This document shows positions 10,199 through 19,940 of a stretch of DNA of 50,980 bases, in pieces; positions within the stretch are counted from its first letter, which is position 1; each line of letters starts with the position of its first letter. The position numbers and the translations under genes were made by a program. The stretch covers positions 1 through 50,980 of the forward strand of contig CAITFY010000074.1 in NCBI GenBank assembly GCA_903891755.1, read 5' to 3'. Origin of the DNA: an uncultured Actinomycetes bacterium (GTDB taxonomy: Bacteria > Actinomycetota > Actinomycetes > Nanopelagicales > Nanopelagicaceae). The notes beneath the pieces are model-generated. The model made no database searches. It saw nothing but the letters and a program-made list of their open reading frames with translations, and had not been told where the DNA came from.

Positions 10199-11350
10199 AT
10201 GTCAGTTTTTGATTCACTGATAGATCAGAACGAGACCGTTGTAATTTTGAAAGATGCAGTAGCTGCTGCAAAGAATAATGAAGATGAATCCCAGAACATG
10301 ACTCATGCCTGGCTCTTTACGGGCCCACCAGGTTCGGGTCGAAGCAACACCGCTCTCGCATTTGCCGCAGCGCTTCTCTGCCCTGATTCAGGATGTAACT
10401 CCTGCGTCAATTGTGCGACTGCATTAAAAGGAACACATGCAGATGTCGAGCTGATTAGGACCGAAGGTCTTTCAATCAAGATCGACGAAATCCGTGAATT
10501 AATTACAAGAGCTTCATGGACTCCATCGGTTGCGCAATACCGTGTTGTAATTATTGAAGATGCTGATCGCCTTACTGAGTCCGCTGCGAATGCGCTGCTT
10601 AAAGCTATTGAAGAGCCAGGGCTGCGCACTGTTTGGTTACTCTGTGCCCCAACTCTGAGCGATGTCCTGCCAACGATTCGATCAAGGACACGTAACGTAA
10701 CCCTGCGGACTCCCTCAGTTGAAGCGGTTACAAAACTTCTCGAATCAGAATCGTTCTCTCCTCAGATTTCCGAACTTTCGGCAAAAGCATCTCAAGGACA
10801 CATTGGGCGTGCCAGATATCTTGCCAATAATCCAGAGGCACGGACTCGCAGAACCGACATCCTTAAGCTCCCACTCACGATCACCGATATCGCTTCTGCA
10901 TTCAAATGTGCTGGGCTTTTGGTTGATGCCGCTAAGCGTGAGGCCGAGGCAGACGCGTCCACACGGAATGACGCTGAAACGAGCGCCCTGAAAGAGGCCT
11001 GGGGTCAGCAAGGGAGTCGAGTGGTTCAAGGCGGGGCAAAGGCCGTTAAAGAGCTTGAAAAAGAGCAGAAATCGCGACAGACCAGAATGGTTCGGGATTA
11101 CTTAGATCGCGCCCTACTCGATATCGCCACCTTCTATCGAGATACCTTGCTGGTGCAGAACATGGATAATTTTCAGGCAAGTGAACTCATAAATACAGAT
11201 ATGGAACGTGAGATTAGAATTGTTGCCGCAGGAACTTCCCCCGAAGTAACTCTTAAGAAGTTAGAGGCAATTATGAAGACGCGGACAAACCTCGCGCGGA
11301 ACGCTGCACCTTTGCTGGCAGTTGAAGCGTTGATGGTGCAACTTCGATGA
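10199..11350 (+). CDS. holB: DNA polymerase III delta-prime subunit
   Basis: AAA+ clamp-loader features: Walker A GPPGSGRS, Cys module CPDSGCNSCVNC, Walker B IIEDADRL, and sensor SRTR. Confidence 0.85.
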   Translation: MSVFDSLIDQNETVVILKDAVAAAKNNEDESQNMTHAWLFTGPPGSGRSNTALAFAAALLCPDSGCNSCVNCATALKGTHADVELIRTEGLSIKIDEIRELITRASWTPSVAQYRVVIIEDADRLTESAANALLKAIEEPGLRTVWLLCAPTLSDVLPTIRSRTRNVTLRTPSVEAVTKLLESESFSPQISELSAKASQGHIGRARYLANNPEARTRRTDILKLPLTITDIASAFKCAGLLVDAAKREAEADASTRNDAETSALKEAWGQQGSRVVQGGAKAVKELEKEQKSRQTRMVRDYLDRALLDIATFYRDTLLVQNMDNFQASELINTDMEREIRIVAAGTSPEVTLKKLEAIMKTRTNLARNAAPLLAVEALMVQLR

Positions 11351-12837
11351 AGGTAAGAACCCTATTTATCTCGGCCCTTGCCCTCATTCTTCCCTCACTT
11401 CCAATTATTTCCACACCCGCAGATGCAACGCAAAATTGGACTCTCAAATCTTTACAGTCACAGACACTCAATTGGAGTGATTGCAACATAGGTTTTCTCT
11501 GCGCCAGTTTTAAAGTGCCAGTCGATTACAACCATATCGATAGCAACACAATAACTTTGCAAGCGATAAAGCACTCGGCGAATAATCCTTCAAAGCGAAT
11601 TGGCTCTCTCATCATGAATCCAGGTGGCCCCGGAGGCTCAGGAATTCAATATGTATTGAGCGCCGACTACATTGTTTCTAAGAGCATTGAGAATGTCTAT
11701 GACCTCATTGGTTTTGACCCTCGAGGTGTGAACCTCTCAGATCCCATCCGCTGTCTCACGGATAAAGAAGAAGATATCTTTCTTGGCGGAAACGGTTCGG
11801 TACAGAATTCCGCAGATTTAGCAGCCGGCATTTCATCAGCGAAGATGCTCGCTAATAACTGTGCAAGGGCGGCTGGTTCAAAGTTAGCTCATTACTCCAC
11901 TCTCGAAACAGCGAAAGATATGGAGCTCCTGCGAATCTTGCTGAAGGAACCAAAACTTAACTACATTGGAAAATCCTACGGGACGTTTCTTGGAGCCCTC
12001 TATGCAGCGCTCTATCCAAAAACCACTGGAAGAATTGTTTTGGATGGCGCAGTAGATCCCAATGTCTCGGTTGTAAATCAAAACATCGCCCAAGCGGTTG
12101 GATTTGATACCGCTCTTAAATCATATGTTGCGGCAAATCCCACGTATTCAATTCAAGAGATTAAAGCATTCATACAATTGAGCAGAACCAAACCACTTCA
12201 TACCAACGCCGGGCGAGAGCTGTCAGAATCTTTAGCTATAACAGGAATTGCCGCTGCGCTTTATGATCCCACCAATGGTTGGCCGGATTTAAAGTATGCA
12301 CTCTCTCAAGCCTTGGAAAAGAAAAACCCCAATGGATTTTTCTCGCTAGTCGATTCTTATAACGAGCGCGATGTAAATGGCCATTATGTAAGCAATCAGA
12401 CTGATATTTCAGAGATCACTTCCTGCCTCGATTTTAAGGATCCTCGTACCGTCGCCCAGATTCAGACTGACGCCGTTAAATTCGCGATCGCTGCACCTAT
12501 CTTTGGTCCATACCTGGCTTACTCTGGCTTGGCGTGTAAGTTTTGGAAGGTTGGTCCAGTCACGAGTCCAACCCTTACAAAATTGGCCACCAACCCACTC
12601 CTGGTGATCGGCACAACCAGAGACCCAGCGACCCCCTATCAGTGGGCTCAAGGCTTACATAAGGACCTATTGAACAGCACCCTAATCACCCTCAACGGTG
12701 ATGGGCATACTGGCGCAAATCGAGGCAGTAGCTGCGTCGACAAAGCCATGAACAAGTACCTACTCACTGGCGTGGTTCCAGCGCATGACCTCATCTGCGA
12801 CACAGATTCGGCGCTCTCCGCGGCCGTAGGTGCCTGA
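11347..12837 (+). CDS. Secreted alpha/beta hydrolase (tripeptidyl-aminopeptidase-like, S33)
   Basis: Signal peptide (LILPSLPIISTPADA), nucleophile elbow GKSYGT, and a C-terminal TAP-like region with GDGHTG. ATGA overlap with holB. Confidence 0.7.
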   Translation: MKVRTLFISALALILPSLPIISTPADATQNWTLKSLQSQTLNWSDCNIGFLCASFKVPVDYNHIDSNTITLQAIKHSANNPSKRIGSLIMNPGGPGGSGIQYVLSADYIVSKSIENVYDLIGFDPRGVNLSDPIRCLTDKEEDIFLGGNGSVQNSADLAAGISSAKMLANNCARAAGSKLAHYSTLETAKDMELLRILLKEPKLNYIGKSYGTFLGALYAALYPKTTGRIVLDGAVDPNVSVVNQNIAQAVGFDTALKSYVAANPTYSIQEIKAFIQLSRTKPLHTNAGRELSESLAITGIAAALYDPTNGWPDLKYALSQALEKKNPNGFFSLVDSYNERDVNGHYVSNQTDISEITSCLDFKDPRTVAQIQTDAVKFAIAAPIFGPYLAYSGLACKFWKVGPVTSPTLTKLATNPLLVIGTTRDPATPYQWAQGLHKDLLNSTLITLNGDGHTGANRGSSCVDKAMNKYLLTGVVPAHDLICDTDSALSAAVGA

Positions 12838-12897
12838 CGCATAACAGAAGTGGATGGATGGTAAAAAGCACCCTCGGGAATACGGCATTATTTCCCT

Positions 12898-13542
12898 ATG
12901 CGCCTCGACCATGTCTCATACGTAACCAGTCACGAACAACTCTCTGACACCGTACAACGTTTAGGCTCGACACTCGGCACCACATTTGTTGATGGTGGCA
13001 TTCACCCAAGATTCGGAACACGTAATTTCACTGCGCCACTTCATAACGGTCATTACCTTGAAGTTGTTTGCCCACTTGATCATCCAGCAACGGATAGCAA
13101 CCCATTTGGTCGCGCAGTTTCAAAACGCGCAAATGAAGGTGGCGGTTGGTTGACCTGGGTACTCTCAACAGATGACATCGCACCAATCGAAACCCGTATT
13201 GGTCGCCCAGCTGCTGAAGGCCATCGCATGAAGCCAGATGGAACTGATCTTCGTTGGAAGCAGATTGGCGTTTCAGATATTCTGCAAGATAAGCAACTTC
13301 CATTCTTTATCGAATGGCTTACAACTGAGCACCCATCAAAAGATGGAATTGCAACCGCATCAATTACTAAAGTTGAATTTTCTGGAGATAAAGAGAAGAT
13401 TCGCGAATATGCAGGCTCTGATGTTTCAGATGCAATTGGCGATGTAGAAATTATCTGGGTTGAACCAGAAACAAATGATGGAGATACCGGAATTGTCGCG
13501 GTCTACTTACAGACTCCAACTGGAGAAGTGCGCGTAGATTAA
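12898..13542 (+). CDS. Glyoxalase-like / VOC-superfamily protein
   Basis: 214-aa soluble protein. The N-terminus (RLDHVSYVT ... HYLEVVCP) resembles glyoxalase-like domain proteins. The family call is by eye only. Confidence 0.5.
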   Translation: MRLDHVSYVTSHEQLSDTVQRLGSTLGTTFVDGGIHPRFGTRNFTAPLHNGHYLEVVCPLDHPATDSNPFGRAVSKRANEGGGWLTWVLSTDDIAPIETRIGRPAAEGHRMKPDGTDLRWKQIGVSDILQDKQLPFFIEWLTTEHPSKDGIATASITKVEFSGDKEKIREYAGSDVSDAIGDVEIIWVEPETNDGDTGIVAVYLQTPTGEVRVD

Positions 13543-13979
13543 TTCGCTTGAATTACTTTAAATCTCGCGCGCTCTAACTCTTCACCATCAATTTCGCAGG
13601 TAAAAAGATAAGAACCCAGACGTGGCATAGGCAGCATTGGCATGTTAAATCCCAAATTAATAATCTGACCCTCACCAGGTTCTAGCCCTTCAGGGCGTCC
13701 AACTTGGAAATTCATCTCTGCTCTAAATGGTCCAAAGGTATCTGGCCCCGTTGGAAGTAAAACATCTTGGCCATCAATATCTTGCAATTTCATAAGTAAT
13801 TGATGATCTTTATTGGTTTCATTCCAGGGAACTTTTACTTGAACCGCCATTGCGATAGTGATTGGCCAAGGGGCTGGCACGCCTCCCGGCACATTAACTC
13901 GGTCAATTCCACCGCCAGAGATGTACATAAGGCCGTTTGGGGTTTCTACATGGTTACAAAGGATTGCAACAAGTTCCAT
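13539..13979 (-). CDS. Hypothetical cytosolic beta-rich protein
   Basis: I trimmed the ORF to the internal ATG (MELVAIL...) because the listed GTG start at 14036 overlaps the tRNA-Thr gene. I recognise no motif. Confidence 0.45.
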   Translation of the reverse strand: MELVAILCNHVETPNGLMYISGGGIDRVNVPGGVPAPWPITIAMAVQVKVPWNETNKDHQLLMKLQDIDGQDVLLPTGPDTFGPFRAEMNFQVGRPEGLEPGEGQIINLGFNMPMLPMPRLGSYLFTCEIDGEELERARFKVIQAN

Positions 13980-14005
13980 ATCGCACAGGGTACTCTTACG
14001 TCTCC

Positions 14006-14080
14006 GCCTCGGTGGCTCAGTGGTAGAGCAGCCCACTCGTAATGGGCAGGTCGCCGGTTCAATCCCGGCCCGAGGCTCCA
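14006..14080 (+). tRNA. tRNA-Thr (anticodon CGT), CCA encoded
   Basis: Manual cloverleaf: acceptor GCCTCGG/CCGAGGC, D arm GCTC-AGTGGTA-GAGC, anticodon arm GCCCA-CTCGTAA-TGGGC, variable AGGTC, T arm GCCGG-TTCAATC-CCGGC, discriminator T, then CCA. Confidence 0.9.
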
Positions 14081-14098
14081 GTCAAAAGAGGATAGCTC

Positions 14099-14830
14099 CT
14101 ACTTCGCTTTCACTCCCAGATAGAGGCGAGCCACTTCTGGGTCATCTAGCAAATCTGAACCTCGTCCGGTCAAAGCAACTTTTCCAGCTTCTAGAACAGC
14201 ACCCATAGATGAGACAGCCAGCCCTGAGCGGGCATTTTGCTCAACCAACAAGATAGTGCGTCCATCTTCGGCTAACGCTTTAACACTTTCAAAAACAAGT
14301 TTACGAGATTTAGGATCAAGTCCAATTGATGGTTCATCAAGCAAGATGAGCGCTGGATCTAACATTAAAGATCTAGCAACTTCAACTTGCTTCTGTTCTC
14401 CACCCGAAAGTGAGCCTGCGAGGGCGTTAGCTCTAACCTTAACAATTGGAAAAAGTTCAGCAGCTCGCTCCATTCGCTCTGCAATGAGCTTGTGATCGGT
14501 CAAAATAAACGCACCCATCATCATATTTTCATGAACGCTCATTCCCGGAAAGAGACTGCGATCTTGAGGGACATGAACAATCCCCAGATCTAAACGGCGA
14601 CGTGAAGTTAATTCACTGATTTCTTCACCGTTAAATCTCACGCTGCCGCTCTTGACTCCCAATAAGCCGCTCACAGTCTTAAGGACTGTTGACTTGCCGG
14701 ATCCATTTGGCCCAATTACGCAGACTATTTGACCTCTCTCAACGGTGAGATTTACACCTTTGAGTACCAGCCCAGCACCATATCCAGCAGTGACCTCTGT
14801 AAGTGAGAGTAAAGGTGTATTCGATGTCAT
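14099..14830 (-). CDS. livF: Branched-chain-amino-acid-type ABC transporter ATPase (LivF-like)
   Basis: Walker A GPNGSGKST, signature LSGGEQKQ, Walker B LILLDEPS. I chose the start at the internal ATG (MTSNTPLL), 1 nt after the livG stop. The longer listed ORF would overlap livG. Confidence 0.85.
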   Translation of the reverse strand: MTSNTPLLSLTEVTAGYGAGLVLKGVNLTVERGQIVCVIGPNGSGKSTVLKTVSGLLGVKSGSVRFNGEEISELTSRRRLDLGIVHVPQDRSLFPGMSVHENMMMGAFILTDHKLIAERMERAAELFPIVKVRANALAGSLSGGEQKQVEVARSLMLDPALILLDEPSIGLDPKSRKLVFESVKALAEDGRTILLVEQNARSGLAVSSMGAVLEAGKVALTGRGSDLLDDPEVARLYLGVKAK

Positions 14831-14831
14831 G

Positions 14832-15563
14832 TTAACTTCCCAAATATGCTTCGAGGACTTGTGGGTTTGATTGAATCTCTTCTGGTGCACCTTGAGCGAT
14901 CTTTGCTCCGTGATCTAAAACTATAACGGGATTGCAAAGTCGCATCACAAGTTGCATATCGTGTTCAACGACCAGGAAGGTAACTCCAGCCTTATTGCGA
15001 TCACGAATATGCTTTTCCATGGTTTCAATCATTACCGGATTTACGCCGGCCGTAGGTTCATCTAAAAGTACTAGCTTTGGATTACTCATCAGAACCGATG
15101 CAAATTCCAAGAGTTTGCGCTGCCCGTACGAAAGGTCGCCCGCCCGCAAGTCATGTAATTTATCGAGTTTGAACTCTTCCAAGGTTGTCATGGCGCGAAT
15201 TCGATCTTTTGCACTTACGCGCATACCTAATAGTTGCTTCCAATCAAAGCTGCTAGAAATAACAAGATTCTCCAGAACCGTTAATTCCGGGAAAATACGA
15301 GCTTGCTGGAATGTACGTGATAACCCCGCGCGATACAGTGAAGCAGGTGTGGGCTTTGTGATCTTTTTGCCATCAAATTCGATAGTGCCCGAATCTGCCT
15401 TGAGATATCCAGTGATGATATTAAAGGCGGTTGTCTTACCCGATCCATTTGGTCCAATGAGTGCAGTAATAGAGCCTTTCTCAACTTCAAAACTGCAACT
15501 ATTAACCGCGGTGATACCTCCGAATTTTTTGACAATATTTTCGACTCTTAGGAGTGCGCTCAT
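14832..15563 (-). CDS. livG: Branched-chain-amino-acid-type ABC transporter ATPase (LivG-like)
   Basis: Walker A GPNGSGKTT, signature LSYGQRKLLE, Walker B LVLLDEPTAG. 4-nt overlap with the upstream permease gene. Confidence 0.85.
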   Translation of the reverse strand: MSALLRVENIVKKFGGITAVNSCSFEVEKGSITALIGPNGSGKTTAFNIITGYLKADSGTIEFDGKKITKPTPASLYRAGLSRTFQQARIFPELTVLENLVISSSFDWKQLLGMRVSAKDRIRAMTTLEEFKLDKLHDLRAGDLSYGQRKLLEFASVLMSNPKLVLLDEPTAGVNPVMIETMEKHIRDRNKAGVTFLVVEHDMQLVMRLCNPVIVLDHGAKIAQGAPEEIQSNPQVLEAYLGS

Positions 15564-16528
15564 GCCAATGCCTCCTTCTGCTTCTTCTTTAATCGCAATT
15601 TGTCAGAGATGGTTGGCAAAATGCCTCGAGGTAAAATCAACATGGTTACAAGGAAAATTCCCGCGTACGCGAGAAGGTAGAACTGGTTAGCTCCAAGCTG
15701 ATACGAAAGATACTGCTGCGCTGGAACGAGAATAAATGCTCCAAGTACTGGACCCCATAGCGTTGCGCGACCACCAAGAAATGTCATCAAGACCATTCCA
15801 ATTGTTATGAGTGGATCTACAGCGAATTGTGGATACACAAATCCTTCGTAGTACGCCCAAATACCACCGACCATTGCAGTGAGGCCAACGCTTAATGCGA
15901 AAGCAACGACCTTGACCTTAGTAACTTGGACTCCAACCCCATGAGCCTTATCTTCATCGGAACGAATAGCTGATAACGAAAGTCCTATCTTGGATTGACG
16001 GAAGTACATCGATGAACCCATCGCCAGAGCTACAAGTGCCAACATGGCAAAGTAGAAAGGTCGACCATAGGTGCTTGAATCAAATGGAGGAACAGCTACC
16101 CCTTTACCCTGAGCACCACCAGTGACCGCATGTAAGTTAAATGCGAGAGATTGAGCCATAAATAGCACCGTGATGGTCACAATTGCAAAGACATCTGCCC
16201 GCGTCTTCATCGCTACATATCCGATTGGGATGCTTAAGAGAGCAGCAACGATTCCAACTACTGGCAGAAATATAAAAGGTGGCCAACCATTGCCCACGCT
16301 ATTTTGAAAGACGATAGCCGTGAAATATGCCCCGAAGCCAAAGAATGCGGCATGCCCCAGTGAAGGGTACCCGGCATAGCCTCCGACAAGATTCCAAGAG
16401 GATGAGAGCGCAACATACATCAAGGTGAAGATGAACATATTTGTAAGCCACTGTGATGTAGTGAGAAAGGGGAAAGAGATGAGTGAGGCAAAAAAGAGTC
16501 CGCCACGCAGTAATCCATTACGGCTCAC
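15560..16528 (-). CDS. livM: Liv-type ABC transporter permease (LivM-like)
   Basis: 322-aa polytopic protein of the BPD_transp_2 type, in an operon with livH/G/F. Confidence 0.8.
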   Translation of the reverse strand: MSRNGLLRGGLFFASLISFPFLTTSQWLTNMFIFTLMYVALSSSWNLVGGYAGYPSLGHAAFFGFGAYFTAIVFQNSVGNGWPPFIFLPVVGIVAALLSIPIGYVAMKTRADVFAIVTITVLFMAQSLAFNLHAVTGGAQGKGVAVPPFDSSTYGRPFYFAMLALVALAMGSSMYFRQSKIGLSLSAIRSDEDKAHGVGVQVTKVKVVAFALSVGLTAMVGGIWAYYEGFVYPQFAVDPLITIGMVLMTFLGGRATLWGPVLGAFILVPAQQYLSYQLGANQFYLLAYAGIFLVTMLILPRGILPTISDKLRLKKKQKEALA

Positions 16529-17403
16529 AAGGCACCTCTTACCTTCGCGCCAAACATTCCGCGAGGTCTAACCAAAAGAACGATGATCAAAACTGCAAAG
16601 AAGGTGAAGTCTGACCAGACTGGGGCTGAGAGCGCAGATACAAGAGCCGCTCCAACACCCATAACCATTGCCGCGATTACTGAGCCACCGATACTTCCAA
16701 GACCTCCGAGAATGACCACGGTAAGCAGTCGACTAATGAGGTCGTAGTGGCTTCCAGGATTAAATGGTGTGATTAATCCAAATACCGCTCCAGCAGCAGC
16801 GGATGTAGCCACGCCAAGACCGAATCCAAAAGCGGAAACTAAATTGGAATTAACTCCAAGCAACTGTGCAGACATGGGGTTCTGCACGGTGGCACGGATT
16901 GCGCGGCCAAATTTAGTCTTCTGCAAGATTAAATAAAGAATTACTAGCATCGCGATAGAGAGTAAGAATGCGTAGAAACGAACTTCATTTACTTGGTAGC
17001 CTGCAATCGTCCAGCTGTGATTTTCATAGCCCGGTTGAATGCTTCGCAACGTTGTCTTATACATAACAGACATAAGCCCTTCTAGCCCTAGAGCAACCGC
17101 AAAGGTAACCAAGAGTGAAAGCTCCGTGGCATCTGCAGGACGCAATGGCCGCAACAAGAACCATTGAGTTGCAGCTCCAACAAAAAAGAGAATAGGTGTC
17201 GTGAGAAGAATTAAGAGGAATGGATCAATATGTGTCCATTGGAAGAGACTCATTGTGAGATAAGCACCGAGGACGACATAAGCACCCTGGGCCAGATTGA
17301 TGACCTTCATAATTCCAAAGATCAGCGTCTGGCCGCTAGCCATCAGCGCATAAACGCCTCCGGTCAGGGTGCCTAATATCAACGCCTGAACTACTAAATG
17401 CAC
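16525..17403 (-). CDS. livH: Liv-type ABC transporter permease (LivH-like)
   Basis: 292-aa polytopic protein. Its N-terminus (QALILGTLTGGVYALMASGQTLIFG) is typical of LivH. Confidence 0.8.
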   Translation of the reverse strand: MHLVVQALILGTLTGGVYALMASGQTLIFGIMKVINLAQGAYVVLGAYLTMSLFQWTHIDPFLLILLTTPILFFVGAATQWFLLRPLRPADATELSLLVTFAVALGLEGLMSVMYKTTLRSIQPGYENHSWTIAGYQVNEVRFYAFLLSIAMLVILYLILQKTKFGRAIRATVQNPMSAQLLGVNSNLVSAFGFGLGVATSAAAGAVFGLITPFNPGSHYDLISRLLTVVILGGLGSIGGSVIAAMVMGVGAALVSALSAPVWSDFTFFAVLIIVLLVRPRGMFGAKVRGAL

Positions 17404-17470
17404 TTTAAATTAACTCCTTTACGAATAGTTGAACAAGCGTTTTACTGCAACTTTTTAATCTATTAGTGAA

Positions 17471-18712
17471 CTAGTTCTTCCAAGCTGGCTTAGGTGCTAC
17501 TGGCGCATGCTGCGCAGTAGCTTTTGGCCAGACAGTTGTAAGAGCTCCACCGATCCACTGGGTTAGAAGATAGGAACCTTGTGGCTCACCGTAGGCGTTC
17601 CACGAGAGATTTCCTTCAAGCGTTGGCCAAGAACCCTTGTGCAAAGTGGCGATAATAGTTTTGTTATCGATCTTGCCGGTCTTTGCAGCAACTTCTTCTA
17701 GCAACGTTCCCGCTGAATAAGCCTCTGTTGAAGTACTGTCGATGCTCGTTGCAGCTCCGCCGTACTTAGCCACATAAGCCTTGATGAAAGCTGCAGTTCC
17801 TGGAGCTGTTGATTTTGGATACCAGTCACTTGATGTGAAAACACCTTCGGTGTTGTTGGCACCTATTTGCTGAGGGAATTCAAGAGGAGAAGATGCTCCA
17901 TTTGAAAGGAAGAGCCACTTAGGGCTGAACTTCAGTTGGATCATCGCCTTAACTTGGGCAAAAGCATCGGCGCTTTGAGTACCTCCGACAACAACATCAG
18001 GATTCTTCGCTGCAAGAGCAGAGACGACAGGTGTCATATCAGCAGTTTCTGATGGGTATGTTTGATCGTAAACCGTCTTAATTCCTGCGGCTTCAAATCT
18101 AGCTTTGATGTTATCTGCGAGAGGGGCTGCAAATGGGTCATCCAGCTTTACATATCCCGCTGTCTTTGGACGCTGTGATGCAGGTAAGGAGAGAATGTAA
18201 TCTGCGAAGACATCTCCACCTTTGGTGGTAGCGGCTGGCTGTACGAAGAAGAGATTTGGGTTCTTCTCGGCGAAAACTTTTGGTCCTCCACCAGCAGGCT
18301 CGATAAATGAATATCCATATCTCTTGGCAACCCGAGAGGCCGGAATTGTTAGAAGGCTCGAGAAAGGTCCCATGACAATGTCGACCTTGTCCTTGGTAAT
18401 CAAGTTGGTGTAATTCGTAACGACTTGATCAGGGCTTGAGGCATCATTAACAATTTTGATGCTCACTGAGCGACCTAGAATTCCACCCTTCTTATTAACT
18501 TCCTGCTGCCAAAGGAGATAGCCGCGTTGGGCAGCCAGACCGGAGTCAGAAAAGTCGCCGGTGAGTGAGAGTGAGACGCCAATCTTGAGTGGGCTTGCGG
18601 CGTTCGCTGCTACACCAACTGTTGAAAGTAGAGAGGATGTTATGAGAGCGGCGGAAAGAACCCCAGCCGTGATCATCCCCCTCTTTGAAACCTTCGTATT
18701 GCTTAACTTCAT
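17471..18712 (-). CDS. Secreted type I periplasmic-binding-fold solute-binding protein (Leu/Ile/Val-binding family; ligand unknown)
   Basis: Signal peptide, then the LKIGVSLSLTGDFS... pattern typical of Peripla_BP_6 binding proteins. It is the first gene of the transporter operon. Confidence 0.8.
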   Translation of the reverse strand: MKLSNTKVSKRGMITAGVLSAALITSSLLSTVGVAANAASPLKIGVSLSLTGDFSDSGLAAQRGYLLWQQEVNKKGGILGRSVSIKIVNDASSPDQVVTNYTNLITKDKVDIVMGPFSSLLTIPASRVAKRYGYSFIEPAGGGPKVFAEKNPNLFFVQPAATTKGGDVFADYILSLPASQRPKTAGYVKLDDPFAAPLADNIKARFEAAGIKTVYDQTYPSETADMTPVVSALAAKNPDVVVGGTQSADAFAQVKAMIQLKFSPKWLFLSNGASSPLEFPQQIGANNTEGVFTSSDWYPKSTAPGTAAFIKAYVAKYGGAATSIDSTSTEAYSAGTLLEEVAAKTGKIDNKTIIATLHKGSWPTLEGNLSWNAYGEPQGSYLLTQWIGGALTTVWPKATAQHAPVAPKPAWKN

Positions 18713-18776
18713 TGTTAAACCCCCAAAAAGGTAATGAGTCGAATAGGGCTCGATCGAAGGGGTTCACAAGAGCCTC

Positions 18777-18790
18777 TGCAATCGTTTGCA
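18777..18790. promoter_or_regulatory. Candidate LacI-family operator (TGCAATCGTTTGCA) upstream of the ABC importer operon
   Basis: It matches the LacI/GalR half-site pattern TGnAAnCGnTTnCA and differs from the 19941 site at one position. On the minus strand it lies just downstream of TTGACA (18816-18821) plus a 17-nt spacer and CACTCT. Confidence 0.5.
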
Positions 18791-18853
18791 CTAGAGTGCT
18801 CTTCCCAAATTGCCTTGTCAAGGGTTTAGAGGTTTTCCTTTATAAAGAAAACT

Positions 18854-19873
18854 TTATATTTTCTTCGCCACTGCCGTTGAACCTCGGACTATCAAAGTAA
18901 CAGGAAGCATGATTTTGACGGGTGAAGATGCCTCACCCTCGATCTCGTTGAGAATTATCCGGGCAGCCTGCACACCCATTTCATAGTGTGGCGCATCAAT
19001 AGTGGTCAAAGGGGGCTGAAAGTCATTTGCAAAGGGCATATTGTTAAAGCCGATAACAGAGACGTCCTGTGGACACTTGAGTCCATGAGCCCGAAGCGAG
19101 TGGTAGACCCCAAGAGCCAAGAGATCGTTGCCTGCCACCACCCCTGTGATCGTATGCAGATTTTGATTCAAAAACTTATCCATCGCGCTCTGTCCCGCAT
19201 CAATGCTGTACGCCGAACATTTAATTATCTTTCCCTGTAGACCGTGATTCTTGCATGCCGCACTAAATGCTTGCGCGCGAGTTCTACTTGTAGAAGATTC
19301 CGCGGGCCCAGTTAAGTGAAGAAGTTTCTTATGGCCCAAAGCGGCTAAATGAGCCACCCCCAGGTTGATTCCAGAGGCATCATCTCCGACAACCGCAGGG
19401 TAAGGAGCGCCTGCCGCTTCACGATTGACCATAACAGCGGTGATGCCCTGGTTGTGATAATTAGCAAGAATGATTTTATCGGTGTGGCCAGTTGCAATGA
19501 TTAATCCATCAACTTGCCGGCGCATGAGCGACTCGAAATGATTACGTTCAGATTCAGGATCGTTGTCTGTGTTGACAACCAACACTGAATAACCTCGCGG
19601 CCCCAAGAAGCTGTCAATCCCTCGCACAATCGGAGGAAAAATAGGGTTGGTTAAATCAGGAACAATTACACCAATAGTTTGGGTGCGCTTTGTCCGCAAC
19701 CCTCGAGCCACTGTGTTGATTGTGTAGCCAAGATCGCGTGCAGCTTTACTAACTTTTTTCACAGTCTCAGGACTTATTTGTGCTGAAGTGGATTCGTTGA
19801 GTGCGCGAGATGCAGTACTGAGATGGACCCCTGCCGCTTTCGCGACATCAATAAGAGTCGGACGATTTCCCAT
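18854..19873 (-). CDS. LacI-family transcriptional regulator
   Basis: HTH PTLIDVAKAAGVHLSTASRALN followed by a sugar-binding-fold core. I chose the start at the internal ATG (MGNRPTL). The longer listed ORF would run through the divergent promoter. Confidence 0.85.
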   Translation of the reverse strand: MGNRPTLIDVAKAAGVHLSTASRALNESTSAQISPETVKKVSKAARDLGYTINTVARGLRTKRTQTIGVIVPDLTNPIFPPIVRGIDSFLGPRGYSVLVVNTDNDPESERNHFESLMRRQVDGLIIATGHTDKIILANYHNQGITAVMVNREAAGAPYPAVVGDDASGINLGVAHLAALGHKKLLHLTGPAESSTSRTRAQAFSAACKNHGLQGKIIKCSAYSIDAGQSAMDKFLNQNLHTITGVVAGNDLLALGVYHSLRAHGLKCPQDVSVIGFNNMPFANDFQPPLTTIDAPHYEMGVQAARIILNEIEGEASSPVKIMLPVTLIVRGSTAVAKKI

Positions 19874-19901
19874 CCCTAAAAGATAGCCCCACTCCAGACA
19901 C

Positions 19902-19930
19902 TTGACGAATAGTCTTTGCGGGTTGATAAT
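19902..19930 (+). promoter_or_regulatory. Candidate sigma-70-type promoter of the catabolic operon
   Basis: TTGACG (19902-19907), a 17-nt spacer, then GATAAT (19925-19930), located 46 nt upstream of the ATG at 19977. Confidence 0.4.
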
Positions 19931-19940
19931 TGCTAAATCC

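Noticed and set aside
13980-14036. N-terminal extensions of listed ORFs. These are 13539-14036 into the tRNA, 14099-14890 into livG, 18854-20026 and 19902-20924 across each other's promoter, 48079 into the MFS gene, 24898 TTG, and 45746 GTG across the divergent start.
   Set aside because: Internal ATG or GTG starts give canonical N-termini (an HTH, a Rossmann motif, a TM anchor), and most have RBS-like sequences upstream. They also remove implausible overlaps. The exact starts remain uncertain.
14932-15690. Long ORFs antisense to well-supported genes. Examples: 14932-15690 (opposite livG/livM), 33885-34454 (opposite the MFS gene), 26566-27093 (opposite the ABC exporter), 5457-5939 (opposite topA), 25329-25769 (opposite the ALDH) and 4645-5040 (opposite hppA).
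   Set aside because: Their translations are low-complexity or Ser/Arg/Pro-rich with no motifs. The opposite strand in each case encodes a protein with unambiguous family signatures. These are shadow ORFs.
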